NCBI GenBank assembly: GCA_002897675.1
Contig: BDSU01000037.1
Span: forward strand, 2,399 to 66,398
Length of the DNA: 64,000 nucleotides
Direction of reading: 5' to 3'
DNA from: a bacterium BMS3Abin02
GTDB taxonomy: Bacteria > Actinomycetota > Acidimicrobiia > Spongiisociales > UBA4744
The notes under the pieces were generated by a model that searched no databases, had not been told where the DNA came from, and saw only the letters and a program-made list of their open reading frames with translations. Position numbers and translations under genes: made by a program. Below are positions 27,973-37,590 of this stretch, piece after piece; the stretch's first letter is position 1; each line of letters opens with the position of its first letter.

Positions 27973-29586
27973 TCATGAATCTCCCGGTCTTTGCAGCAGG
28001 ATCGGGTCCGTTCGACCATCGCCATCGACATCCGCGCACCCGAGCGCGGCATCACGATCCAGGGTCGGAGCGATGAGAAAACCGAACCCGCGCCATCGCC
28101 ACGCTCCAGACGCCATGCCACCGTCCGTCGCGTCCGAGCCGTATCCGACAGCAAGGCTCCCGTCGCATGCCACGACCCGCCGGACGGATCGGAACAGGGT
28201 TCCCGCGATCCATTCGGGCTCGAGATCCGGGGCTCGGAACACACCGAGATGGGCGCTGCGTCCCAACACGTCGGTCCATGGCCTATCGGGGAACAGCACG
28301 TTCACCGGGCTCTCCTGGTAAGGGCGGCGAAATGCCACGACGATCTCGTCTCTTCCATCACCGTCGACGTCGCCCCGAGTCGCGTCGATCACATCACCCC
28401 AGCGGAACTGTTCGAGATCCTTCGGCTCGTCCGGCACGACGGGTTCGAAACCGCGGCCGAGGCTCCACCATTCGGTGCCGAGCATCACCGCGTCACCGCC
28501 CGGGAGGTCCCACCGGTCGAAATGCACGCGTCGGTCGCGGTGCTGCACCGTCGCCACCCGGTATGCGACAACACCGTCGGCGTCGGCGAGGACCTCGAGG
28601 ATCGCCCCAACCTTCGTCGCGGAATCGCCCTGGTCGAAGAGAAAGTTGCCGAGGCTCGTCGCCACGACGGTCGGTCGGGCACCATCGATCACGAAGACGG
28701 GCTGGACGACGTGTGGCCCACTCCCCCACACGACGTCGGCGCCCCAGCCGTTGAGTTTCTCGGCAAGTGCCGCCATGTACGGGTCGGTCGACGTGCGGTA
28801 CTCGACCCCGCCGTGCACGGCCACCACCAGCAGATCGACCGAAGGGCGCAGCTCGGTCACCGCGGTACGGACCAACTCGTCGTCCCACGGTGCGATGCCC
28901 GCCCGATCCTCTCGTGCCGGCGTGCCCGCCCTCGTCGCGTCGAAGGCGAGAAACCCCACGCGAAGCCCTCGCACCTCCACGATGGCGGGCCGCACGGCAT
29001 CGCTCAGGTTCGCCCCACCACCGACCGCCCGCATCCCGGCATCATCGATCGCTTCGATACTGTCGATCACCGATGCCCGCCCTGCGTCACCCGCATGGTT
29101 GTTTGCGACCGTCAGGACATCGAAACCCGCCGCCGCGAGCAGCCCGGCCGACTCCGGCCTCGCCTCGAGCGCGTACGGGTTGAGTGCGATGTGAGGCCGA
29201 TTCGTCAGCGGCGACTCCATGTTCGCTCCGGCGACATCCACGTCCGAGAGGACGAATCGCACGTCTTCGAAGATGCCCTGCGGATCGTTGCGGACGATCC
29301 GGGAGAGACCACGGCCGAGCATGACGTCACCGACCATCGCGATGCGGACGGTGGGACGCCGTGTCGTCTCCGGCGTTGCGATCGTCGACGAGGTCGTCGA
29401 CGTCACTGTGACGGCCGGCGCGGCCGGAAGCCTGGAGGTCGTGGTGGGCGGAACCGTCGGGGCCGTCGGGGCCAGAGTCTCGGGCAACGACCGGGCTTGT
29501 TCCGATGCCTGCGGCGCGCATGCGCCGATGAGCAACACTGCGACAGCGATGGCCAGAGGGAACACGACCCCGGTCGTGGTCCTCAT
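27973..29586 (-). CDS. CapA-family (PGA_cap metallophosphatase-like) lipoprotein with C-terminal FG-GAP/VCBS-like repeats
   Basis: Lipobox LLIGAC and a Pro/Thr linker. CapA core (MVGDVMLGR, ANNHAGDAG, VAVHGGVEY). C-terminal GDVDGDGRDEIVV and CADVDGDGRTD motifs. ATGA overlap with the upstream gene. Confidence 0.8.
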   Translation of the reverse strand: MRTTTGVVFPLAIAVAVLLIGACAPQASEQARSLPETLAPTAPTVPPTTTSRLPAAPAVTVTSTTSSTIATPETTRRPTVRIAMVGDVMLGRGLSRIVRNDPQGIFEDVRFVLSDVDVAGANMESPLTNRPHIALNPYALEARPESAGLLAAAGFDVLTVANNHAGDAGRASVIDSIEAIDDAGMRAVGGGANLSDAVRPAIVEVRGLRVGFLAFDATRAGTPAREDRAGIAPWDDELVRTAVTELRPSVDLLVVAVHGGVEYRTSTDPYMAALAEKLNGWGADVVWGSGPHVVQPVFVIDGARPTVVATSLGNFLFDQGDSATKVGAILEVLADADGVVAYRVATVQHRDRRVHFDRWDLPGGDAVMLGTEWWSLGRGFEPVVPDEPKDLEQFRWGDVIDATRGDVDGDGRDEIVVAFRRPYQESPVNVLFPDRPWTDVLGRSAHLGVFRAPDLEPEWIAGTLFRSVRRVVACDGSLAVGYGSDATDGGMASGAWRWRGFGFLIAPTLDRDAALGCADVDGDGRTDPILLQRPGDS

Positions 29587-30479
29587 CAGCGATCGATCTT
29601 GCCCGGCAGCAGAAACGGATATGGGCGCCGGCGGACCTTGTGATGCCACCACCGGTCCATCCGGCGAAGACGCTGCAGGAGTTCCCACATTCGAGCGTCG
29701 CTCGTGTAATAGCGCTTGACCTCATCCGCGCCGATGGGATCCGGAAGCCTCCGGTTTGCCTGCTCGAGTGCCAAAGGAATGAGCGAGACGAGCCGTTCCT
29801 TGTGGAACTGCGCGACCAGATTGAGGATCGTGGTGCGGACATCGAAATAGTCTTCGATGATCCCGACGACGAGAAAGCGCTTCACGATCCCCCGGATGGC
29901 CCAAGGCAGCGACGCCAGGAAGATATCCACGTCGATCCGGTCGACTCCCTGGTCGTCTTTCAAGAGTGGCGTCGTGATGTCGAAATAGACCAGGTCATCC
30001 CCGTCGACGGCCCAGTTCGAGATCTGCGCATCGATGCCGATCCGGGCGCCGATGGCCGCCTCGGTCTTTTCGAAGACCCGGTCGAAGAGACGGATGGCCT
30101 GTTGCTCCGTGGCCTGTCTGAGATAGACGTGCCCGACGAGTTCGGGCGGGAGCAGCGGCTGCAACAGGTACACGGCGACATCTCGACCGTCCAGCCTGAG
30201 CGTCTGATGCGACGTCGGCACGACTGAGACATCAACGGCCTGCAGCCCTCTCACGTAATCCTCGAGAAGGGCGAGATACGCTTCAACACCTTCACCGTGT
30301 CGAAAGGTCGGGAGCCGTTTCGCGACGGCCATGCCGTTGACTCCGGCCCAGGACACCACACTCGTGATCTCTCCGTACCCGACGACATCGAGTCCTTCGG
30401 CGCGTCCTGTGACGAACGCATTCTGAAATCGTCCCTCCAACACTTCCAGGTCGTCGACGCGAACAGGTTCGAGGCTCAC
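29586..30479 (-). CDS. uncharacterised protein, possibly protein-kinase-like fold
   Basis: GYGEITSVV ... AVAKRL ... IDAQISNWAV ... YFD resembles a G-loop / VAxK / DxxxxN / D arrangement. It overlaps both neighbours by 4 nt and 1 nt. Confidence 0.7.
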   Translation of the reverse strand: MSLEPVRVDDLEVLEGRFQNAFVTGRAEGLDVVGYGEITSVVSWAGVNGMAVAKRLPTFRHGEGVEAYLALLEDYVRGLQAVDVSVVPTSHQTLRLDGRDVAVYLLQPLLPPELVGHVYLRQATEQQAIRLFDRVFEKTEAAIGARIGIDAQISNWAVDGDDLVYFDITTPLLKDDQGVDRIDVDIFLASLPWAIRGIVKRFLVVGIIEDYFDVRTTILNLVAQFHKERLVSLIPLALEQANRRLPDPIGADEVKRYYTSDARMWELLQRLRRMDRWWHHKVRRRPYPFLLPGKIDR

Positions 30480-31687
30480 GCGAAGATCCCTCGGACCCGA
30501 GCGATGATGTCTTCGGCCTCATCGTCTCCGAGGATCAGCGGCGGAAGGAACTGCAACACCGAGCGATCGTTCTCGGCCCACACGGCGAAGACACCGGCGT
30601 CGAAGAACATCTTGGCGGCCATCACGGCCGCATCGGGAGCCGGGAATGCCAGCCCCATCATCATCCCTCGCTGACGAAGGCTGAACGGCAGGTCGGAGAG
30701 CCCGGTCCGAAAGCGTTCGGCAAGCTCCTGGACACGGGTCAGAAAACCGGGTGCCTCGACGATGTCCAAGACCTCGAGCGCGGCTGCACATCCCGGTTCC
30801 GCCCCGCCGAACGTGGAAAGGTGCACGAACGGCAGGTCGTCGAAGAAAGAGAACACCGTGGGGCTCATCAAGGTGGCGCTGATCGGATAGATCCCCCCAC
30901 TCAGCCCTTTTCCCGTGACGAGGATGTCCGGAACGACGTCGAGTTGTTGATGGCACCACATGGTTCCCGTCCGACCGAGCCCGGTCTGCACTTCATCGAG
31001 CACCAGGAGAGTGCCTCTCGATCTCGCGAGTTCTGCAACCGATGCGAAGTAGCCATCGGCTGCGATCGGCATGCCGAGGGTTGCAGGCACCGGCTCGAGG
31101 AGCACGACGGCGGTGTCGGAATCGACCTCGGCGGCGAGCGCATCGATGTCGTCGAACGGGACCTGCACGAAGCCGGGAAGGTTCGGACCGAACGGCGCGC
31201 GGTATTCGGGATCACCGGCCGCCACGGAAAGTCCCGTGTGCCCGTGGTAGCCGCCTTTCGCGGAAACGATCTTCTGACGACCGGTCACCCCTCGAGCCGC
31301 TTTGAGGGCGAGATCGATCACCTCTCCCCCTCCCACGCCAAAGATCACGCCGGACAACGCACCACCCGTCGTTGCGACGAGCCGCTGGGCGAGTCTCGCT
31401 CTCATCCCGGAAACGAGGTGATGATTCCCGATATCGAACGAGTCCATCGCAGTGCGGACGGCACCGAGGACACGTGGATTCCTGTGGCCCAGGTTGAAGA
31501 CTCCACCGTTGCAGTGGCAGTTGTAGAGGCGGGTTCCGTCGTAGGCGTCCGTGAAGATCGCGCCGTCCCTGGATCCCATCACCAGACCGAGTTCCAGTTG
31601 ACGATACAGGGCCACCTTCCCGGGAGAGATGTACGTGCCGTATGCGTCGTACGTCGCCTCGCCCGTCGGATACTGTCGAAAACTCAT
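30476..31687 (-). CDS. class-III PLP-dependent aminotransferase-fold enzyme
   Basis: GGYHGHT, LDEVQTGLGRTG and the PLP-lysine motif VTGKGLSGG. Confidence 0.9.
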   Translation of the reverse strand: MSFRQYPTGEATYDAYGTYISPGKVALYRQLELGLVMGSRDGAIFTDAYDGTRLYNCHCNGGVFNLGHRNPRVLGAVRTAMDSFDIGNHHLVSGMRARLAQRLVATTGGALSGVIFGVGGGEVIDLALKAARGVTGRQKIVSAKGGYHGHTGLSVAAGDPEYRAPFGPNLPGFVQVPFDDIDALAAEVDSDTAVVLLEPVPATLGMPIAADGYFASVAELARSRGTLLVLDEVQTGLGRTGTMWCHQQLDVVPDILVTGKGLSGGIYPISATLMSPTVFSFFDDLPFVHLSTFGGAEPGCAAALEVLDIVEAPGFLTRVQELAERFRTGLSDLPFSLRQRGMMMGLAFPAPDAAVMAAKMFFDAGVFAVWAENDRSVLQFLPPLILGDDEAEDIIARVRGIFA

Positions 31688-31740
31688 CGCACCTCCTTCG
31701 CCAGTCCAGACTACGCGACGGCCTCCTAGAGTGAAGCAAA

Positions 31741-32517
31741 ATGAGGCGGGCCATCAGAGACAGCGTCGTCATCGTCACCGGCGCATCTTCAGGGATCGGC
31801 AGGGCGACGGCGCTCGCCCTCGGTGCCCAAGGCGCCCACGTGGCCGTTGCCGCCCGCAGAGAGACACTCCTCACAGACCTGGCGGCGGAGATCGCAGCGA
31901 GGGGAGGCCAGGCGTTCGCCGTCCCTGTCGACGTCACCGACCGTGATCAGGTCCACGGTCTCATCGAACGCACCGTGCAGCGATGGGGACACATCGATGT
32001 CGTGGTCGCGAACGCAGGGATCTGGCAGAGAAGCCCCGTAGAGGAGACCGATGATCGGATTTGGCACACCGTGATGGCCGTCGACTACTTCGGTGCGCTC
32101 AACACCGCCCTCGAGGCGCTCCCGTTCCTGGAGAACGGCGGCCAGTTGATATTCGTGAACTCCCTCGACGGCAAGAAGGGAGTGCCGCTGGAGGCCGCCT
32201 ATGCGGCGGCAAAACATGCGCTTTCGGGGTTCGCCGACGTCGCCCGCCAGGAGCTCGCCGGTCGAGGCATCGCCGTGACCAGCCTGTACCCGGGGAGAGT
32301 GGACACCGCACTGATCGAAAGGCTCCAGGTTCCGGCGATCCAGAGAAAGATGCCGCCCGAGAGAGTCGCAAAGGCGATTCTCTCGGCGATCCGCCGGCCT
32401 CGTTCGGAGATCTACCTCCCGGCATTCACCGGACGTGTCCATTCGTGGCTGGGAGCACTGGCCCCGAACCTGTCGGACAGACTCACGGCGCTCCTCAACC
32501 TGCAGGGCAGAATGTAG
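31741..32517 (+). CDS. SDR family oxidoreductase
   Basis: TGASSGIG, NAG and YAAAKHA motifs. Confidence 0.9.
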   Translation: MRRAIRDSVVIVTGASSGIGRATALALGAQGAHVAVAARRETLLTDLAAEIAARGGQAFAVPVDVTDRDQVHGLIERTVQRWGHIDVVVANAGIWQRSPVEETDDRIWHTVMAVDYFGALNTALEALPFLENGGQLIFVNSLDGKKGVPLEAAYAAAKHALSGFADVARQELAGRGIAVTSLYPGRVDTALIERLQVPAIQRKMPPERVAKAILSAIRRPRSEIYLPAFTGRVHSWLGALAPNLSDRLTALLNLQGRM

Positions 32518-32714
32518 GACGGCTCAGAACCGGGCGACGAAGCGACAGAGTTCGGCGATGACCTCGGCACGGCCACGCGCTCGGCGCGCCGGTACGGAAA
32601 CACCCGAACGGGAAAGGGTCTTTCGCCTCTGGTCGGCCACCGATGGCAGATGGAACATGGGGACGGTTCAGGGGACCCGGAGCCGAGGCCTCGCCGTGTC
32701 AGGCCCCGCAACCC

Positions 32715-32770
32715 GAGAGAGCCGGGAGCAACTCGACCCCAATCGATCCCACACCCCTCCCGGCTCTCTC
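32715..32770 (+). other. 13-bp perfect hairpin inside a 343-nt non-coding spacer
   Basis: GAGAGAGCCGGGA (32715-32727) pairs with TCCCGGCTCTCTC (32758-32770), with a 30-nt loop. Confidence 0.4.
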
Positions 32771-32860
32771 TCTCTTCGCGTTCGGCATCCGAGAAGGGCC
32801 GTTCGACCCTGGTCCTACTCCCACGGGCCTGCAAGAATCCGTCGCACCGAAAGGCGGTCC

Positions 32861-33322
32861 ATGTTCGTCTCCTACTTCTCGCAAGTCCCCGTGCCCTTCG
32901 ACGTGGCCGTCGAACGGCTCGAGCCGGTGCTCGGCGAGCTCGGCGGATGGGCCCATGAGGCGTACCGGAATGGCGAGGAACTGCGGGCAAGAATCGGAGT
33001 CGGAAAGGCTGCACCGGTGATTGCGAAGACCGTCGTACTGGAGATGGCCACCCCCGAGCGGGGACCGGACAGCCTGATCATTCCCGTCTCCTGGAGGGCG
33101 ACGGGTGCGCCGATGCTCTTCCCCATGATGCGGGCAGATCTGCACTTGACGCGGGTCTCGAAGGACACGACCCAGATCAGACTCAGTGGCTCATACACAG
33201 TCCCGCTGGGATCGATCGGACAGATCTTCGACGATGCACTCCTCCATCGAATCGCAGAGGGCACGATCGAGAACTTCGTGAACCGCATCGCAGAGGCGCT
33301 GACAACGACACCACGGGAATGA
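32861..33322 (+). CDS. hypothetical protein (153 aa, possibly SRPBCC-like)
   Basis: Coding-like composition, and GAAAGGCGG precedes the ATG. The upstream part of the track ORF looks non-coding. Confidence 0.6.
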   Translation: MFVSYFSQVPVPFDVAVERLEPVLGELGGWAHEAYRNGEELRARIGVGKAAPVIAKTVVLEMATPERGPDSLIIPVSWRATGAPMLFPMMRADLHLTRVSKDTTQIRLSGSYTVPLGSIGQIFDDALLHRIAEGTIENFVNRIAEALTTTPRE

Positions 33323-33336
33323 GTCCCCGAGCGGAG

Positions 33337-34014
33337 TCAGACAGGTCGCGCAGTCCGGAAGCGACGAGCAGCCATTCTCGCCCGGCGCAGGGGCTCCGGA
33401 GTACGAAACCGACCCGTCGCGCACTTCACGATCTCCACGGCAAGGTCCGGGCCCGTTCGCCATCCGGCATGCACGCATAGGGGACGTGCCCCGACCCTGG
33501 TCCGCAACCAGTACCCGACGACCTCTCCTTCCAACGTCAGCGGCGATCTGGACCAGCGCGCATCCTGGGGCCACACCCCGGATGCCACGAGTGGACGGTG
33601 CGTAACACCAACGGTGGGAATGGCGAGCACGGCCCCGAGATGCACGGCGAGTCCACCGCGGCGAGGGTTGTCGCGACCGGTCGCGTTGACGATGAGGACG
33701 TCGGGTTTTCGTTCGAGAGCGTCCACGGCTGCTGCGAGGAGCGGCCCCTCACGGAGCGCAAGGAACCCCGGTCGGTAGGCAGCGCCCGCAGAACCCCTCA
33801 CCGCTGCAACCTGAGCATGCCGCCCGCCCTGCATCGTCACGGCCGCCGCCCATCCCGGATCACCGGCAGCGCCCGCTCCCGTCCCACCTCTCGGAAAGCA
33901 GACGAAAACGCCACCGACGGACAAGTTCTCCTCCAGAGGGAAGGCACTCGGCCGTACCGAAGCGAGGCGAGTTTGCACATCGCGGAGTTCCTCGACCGTG
34001 CACGGCCAGTCCAT
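33337..34014 (-). CDS. nfi: endonuclease V
   Basis: YRPGFLALREGP, the GRDNPRRGGLAVHLG-type motif and VGVTHRPL. Confidence 0.8.
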   Translation of the reverse strand: MDWPCTVEELRDVQTRLASVRPSAFPLEENLSVGGVFVCFPRGGTGAGAAGDPGWAAAVTMQGGRHAQVAAVRGSAGAAYRPGFLALREGPLLAAAVDALERKPDVLIVNATGRDNPRRGGLAVHLGAVLAIPTVGVTHRPLVASGVWPQDARWSRSPLTLEGEVVGYWLRTRVGARPLCVHAGWRTGPDLAVEIVKCATGRFRTPEPLRRARMAARRFRTARPV

Positions 34015-34064
34015 GCATCAAGGCTATCGGGACGTCAAGGGAATCGCGACCCTGGAAGCGCCGA

Positions 34065-34676
34065 CTACTTCTTCTCGGACTTGTAGAAGGGATCCGTCCC
34101 GGCCTGATGATCGGTGACATCGATGATCTGCCCGAGGTCCGGGATTACGTGACGAAGGATCTGCTCGATTCCCTGACGCAACGTGACCGAGGCGAGTCCG
34201 CATCCTTGGCAACCACCGAGCAGCCGCAAGTACACGTCCTGACCTTCAACGCCGACGAGCTCCGCCGCTCCACCATGCGAGGCGATCGCCGGATTCACCT
34301 GTCGCGTGATGACCTGGGCGACTTGCTCGGCCAACGATCCCTCCAGCACCCCGAACGATCCTGCATCGAAGGTCGGGCTCGCGGGTCGGTTCGGGTTCTC
34401 CATCGCCAATCCACCGGATTTCACATCCAGGAGGGCGCCATCGAGTTTGTCGAGGTCTTCACCGCGCAGAGCGAGCGCAAGCTCACCATGGCGCTCGACA
34501 TGATGCGTCTGCTCCACGTCCGAGAGCGGCACGAAGCTCAGCTCGTACGCGAAATCATCACCATGCATTCCGGTCACTTCGAGCAACAGCGCCGCTTCGA
34601 GGTCACCGGCCTCCTGGTCCCGGATCTCGATGATCTTGACGCGAGCGAGGTCGGTGATCGTGAGTATCTGTGCCAT
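34065..34676 (-). CDS. NfuA-like Fe-S cluster carrier (degenerate IscA/HesB-like N-domain plus Nfu C-domain)
   Basis: C-terminal Nfu motif GGCQGCG. The N-terminal half is A-type-carrier-like but lacks the Cys triad. Confidence 0.8.
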   Translation of the reverse strand: MAQILTITDLARVKIIEIRDQEAGDLEAALLLEVTGMHGDDFAYELSFVPLSDVEQTHHVERHGELALALRGEDLDKLDGALLDVKSGGLAMENPNRPASPTFDAGSFGVLEGSLAEQVAQVITRQVNPAIASHGGAAELVGVEGQDVYLRLLGGCQGCGLASVTLRQGIEQILRHVIPDLGQIIDVTDHQAGTDPFYKSEKK

Positions 34677-34770
34677 CGCGCGTGACATCGTACCGGAAGC
34701 CCGACGCAAGACCGGTTCGCGCCGGCTCGCCCCGCTCGACGGGTGCCCAACACGGAGAAGCTGCGATCAT

Positions 34771-35994
34771 GTGCCTGTGAGCACCGTGGTCGTCATCCTC
34801 CCCACCGGAACGTACCGGGCCGGCGACTTCGTCGAGGCAGGCAGATCATTGGGAGTCGATCTGATCATCGCCTCCGAGGAACGCCACGCCCTGTTGGGCG
34901 AAGGGGGATTCATCCCGATCGACTGTGCGGACCCGCGCCGATCGGCGGCGGCCATCGTCGAAGCGGGCGACCGTCACCCGATCGATGCGGTGATCCCGGT
35001 GGACGATGCCGGAGTCATGATCGCGGCGATTGCCTCCGAGGAACTCGGACTGACACACAATCCCCCCGCAGCGGTTGCCGCCACACGCAACAAGGCGATC
35101 CTGCGCAAGGTACTCGAGGAACGCGAAGTCCCACAGCCCTCCTACGAACTCGCAGCCCCGTCGAGTGACACCGTCGCACTTGCGGAAGTCGTCGGAACTC
35201 CGGTAGTGATCAAGCCCCTTTCGCTCTCTGCGAGCAGAGGTGTCATCCGGGTCGACCACCCGCTTCAGGTGCCGCCCGTGGTCGAGCGAATCCGTCGCAT
35301 CCTCGCCGTCGCCGGTCAGAACCCGAACGAACCGATCCTCATCGAGCGTTACATCCCCGGCAAGGAGATCGCCCTCGAGGGGCTCCTCTTCGAAGGAGCG
35401 TTGGACGTCCTTGCCCTCTTCGACAAGCCGGAGCCGATGGAGGGCCCATACTTCGCAGAGACCATGCTCGTCACACCGTCGAGGCTCCACCCCGAAATCC
35501 TCGAGGAGGTCGAGACGGTGACCGCGCGGGCCGTCCGAGCCTTGGGCCTGCGGGAAGGTCCCATCCACGCCGAGCTTCGCGTCGACGGGAATCGGGTGGC
35601 GATCATCGAAGTCGCAGCTCGCTCGATCGGAGGACTGTGCGGGCGCTCTTTGCACTTCGGACTCCTGGGAGCGACCTTGGAGAATCTGTTGCTCAGGCAT
35701 GCCCTGGGAATGCACACGAACACCCGCCGTGAAGACATCGCGTCGGGAGTGCTGATGATCCCCGTGCCGAGTGCGGGAACGTTGCAGGCGGTCAACGGAC
35801 TCGGCGCAGCCAGGGCTGTGCCCCGCATCACGGAGATTGCCGTCACGATCCCCCTGGGCACGTACGTGATCCCGCTCCCCGACGGAGCACGCTATCTCGG
35901 CTTTCTCTTTGCCAAAGCCGACACTCCTCTCGAAGTCGAGACGTCCCTCGTGGCGGCCAGAAACGAACTCGAGATCGTGATCATCGCGGATTGA
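34771..35994 (+). CDS. ATP-grasp domain protein (carboxylate-amine ligase-like)
   Basis: ATP-grasp core (VVIKPLSLSASRGV, IERYIPGKEIALEG, IHAELR...IIEVAAR). The GTG start at 34771 is uncertain. Confidence 0.8.
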   Translation: MPVSTVVVILPTGTYRAGDFVEAGRSLGVDLIIASEERHALLGEGGFIPIDCADPRRSAAAIVEAGDRHPIDAVIPVDDAGVMIAAIASEELGLTHNPPAAVAATRNKAILRKVLEEREVPQPSYELAAPSSDTVALAEVVGTPVVIKPLSLSASRGVIRVDHPLQVPPVVERIRRILAVAGQNPNEPILIERYIPGKEIALEGLLFEGALDVLALFDKPEPMEGPYFAETMLVTPSRLHPEILEEVETVTARAVRALGLREGPIHAELRVDGNRVAIIEVAARSIGGLCGRSLHFGLLGATLENLLLRHALGMHTNTRREDIASGVLMIPVPSAGTLQAVNGLGAARAVPRITEIAVTIPLGTYVIPLPDGARYLGFLFAKADTPLEVETSLVAARNELEIVIIAD

Positions 35995-36042
35995 CCGCCG
36001 ACGGTCGTCGGGTTCCCGGCCCAATCGCGCAATAATGCTCCC

Positions 36043-37545
36043 ATGCACTTCACCAGATCATCGGGCGTGCTCGCCCACCCCACGAGCCTTCCCGGCCCGC
36101 CCGGCATCGGCGACATCGGGCCTTCTGCACACGTGTGGCTCGACCAGCTGGCACGAATGGGCTGTGCGCTGTGGCAGGTTCTCCCGCTCGGCCCGACAGG
36201 CTACGCCGACTCCCCGTATCAGAGCTTCTCGAGCTTCGCCGGGAATCCCAACCTGATCAGCCCCGAGAGTCTCGTCGCCGAAGGCCTGCTCGACGAGGTG
36301 GAGATTCGGAACGCGCCCGCATTTCCCGACGATCGCGTCGACTACGGAACTGTCATCGCGTGGAAACGCGACCTGGTGAATCACGCCTTCGACAACATCG
36401 GTGGGCTGCAGGACGATTTCGAACGCTTCCGGCACGCGAATCGGCATTGGATCGCCGATTACGGCCTGTTCATGACGCTGAAAGACCTCTACGGCGGCCA
36501 CTCCTGGACCTTGTGGCCTCCCTTGTTGAGGGATCGCGATCCGGCGCAGATGGAGAAGGCATCCTCGGCCTACGCGACAGAGATTCGTCGTCATGAGTTC
36601 GCTCAGTTCCTCTTCTCTCGCCAGTGGAATGTGCTTCGTCGCCGCGCGCGTTCGCTCGGCATCGGCATCATCGGAGACATTCCGATCTTCGCCGCCGGAG
36701 ATTCCGCCGACGTGTGGGCGAACCGCCAACTCTTCCAACTGACGGAAGCCGGAGAGCCCGCCTTTCAGGCGGGCGTGCCACCCGACTACTTCTCCGAGAC
36801 CGGCCAACTGTGGGGCAATCCTCTCTATCGCTGGGACGAACACCAACGGACCGGATTCGCGTGGTGGATCGAACGTTTTCGCGCCGTGTTTCGGCTCGTC
36901 GACATCCTCCGTATCGATCATTTCCGCGGATTCGTGAACTACTGGGAGGTGCCCGGAGGAGCACTCGATGCGGTCAAGGGAAGGTGGGTCGACGGGCCCG
37001 GAGAGGTTTTCTTCAAGACCGTCCAGCAGGAACTCGGGACGCTCCCGATCATCGCCGAAGATCTCGGCGAACTGGACCCCCGGGTGCCCGCCCTGCGCGA
37101 CCTCTTGGGATTCCCCGGGATGAAAGTCTTCCAGTTCGGATTCGACACGGACCGCACCAGCGAGTTCCTCCCACACAAATACCCGCGAAACAGCGTCGCG
37201 TACACGGGAACGCATGACAACGACACGACCAGAGGCTGGTTCGAGAGCCTGGACGATGCCCGGCGCTCATTCGTCCTGGAGTATCTGGGAACCGACGACA
37301 GCGAAATCGCATGGGACATCATGTGGGCCGTCTGGAAGTCGAGATCGGTCTTCGCTCTCGCCCCGCTTCAGGACCTGCTCGATCTCCCGACAGAAGCCAG
37401 GATGAACCGCCCCGGAACCACGTCCGGCAATTGGCAGTGGCGGGCGACCCCCGGCGCGATCACCACCGAGGTGCAGCAACGCATGCAGGCGCTGAATCGC
37501 GCCACCCGACGCAAGCCGGGAAAGCGGAGAAGGAGCCGCGAATAG
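36043..37545 (+). CDS. malQ: 4-alpha-glucanotransferase (amylomaltase, GH77)
   Basis: N-terminus SSGVLAHPTSLPG...G, LPLGPTGYADSPYQ, and IDHFRG. Confidence 0.9.
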   Translation: MHFTRSSGVLAHPTSLPGPPGIGDIGPSAHVWLDQLARMGCALWQVLPLGPTGYADSPYQSFSSFAGNPNLISPESLVAEGLLDEVEIRNAPAFPDDRVDYGTVIAWKRDLVNHAFDNIGGLQDDFERFRHANRHWIADYGLFMTLKDLYGGHSWTLWPPLLRDRDPAQMEKASSAYATEIRRHEFAQFLFSRQWNVLRRRARSLGIGIIGDIPIFAAGDSADVWANRQLFQLTEAGEPAFQAGVPPDYFSETGQLWGNPLYRWDEHQRTGFAWWIERFRAVFRLVDILRIDHFRGFVNYWEVPGGALDAVKGRWVDGPGEVFFKTVQQELGTLPIIAEDLGELDPRVPALRDLLGFPGMKVFQFGFDTDRTSEFLPHKYPRNSVAYTGTHDNDTTRGWFESLDDARRSFVLEYLGTDDSEIAWDIMWAVWKSRSVFALAPLQDLLDLPTEARMNRPGTTSGNWQWRATPGAITTEVQQRMQALNRATRRKPGKRRRSRE

Positions 37546-37590
37546 GCCCGGCCGGGTCGATACGGCCTGGCACGCCACTACATTGCCGGT

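Noticed and set aside
32412-33014. The 200-aa ORF on the - strand and overlapping + strand ORFs across the long spacer.
   Set aside because: They are extremely Arg/Pro/Ser-rich with no start context or motifs. The region is treated as non-coding.
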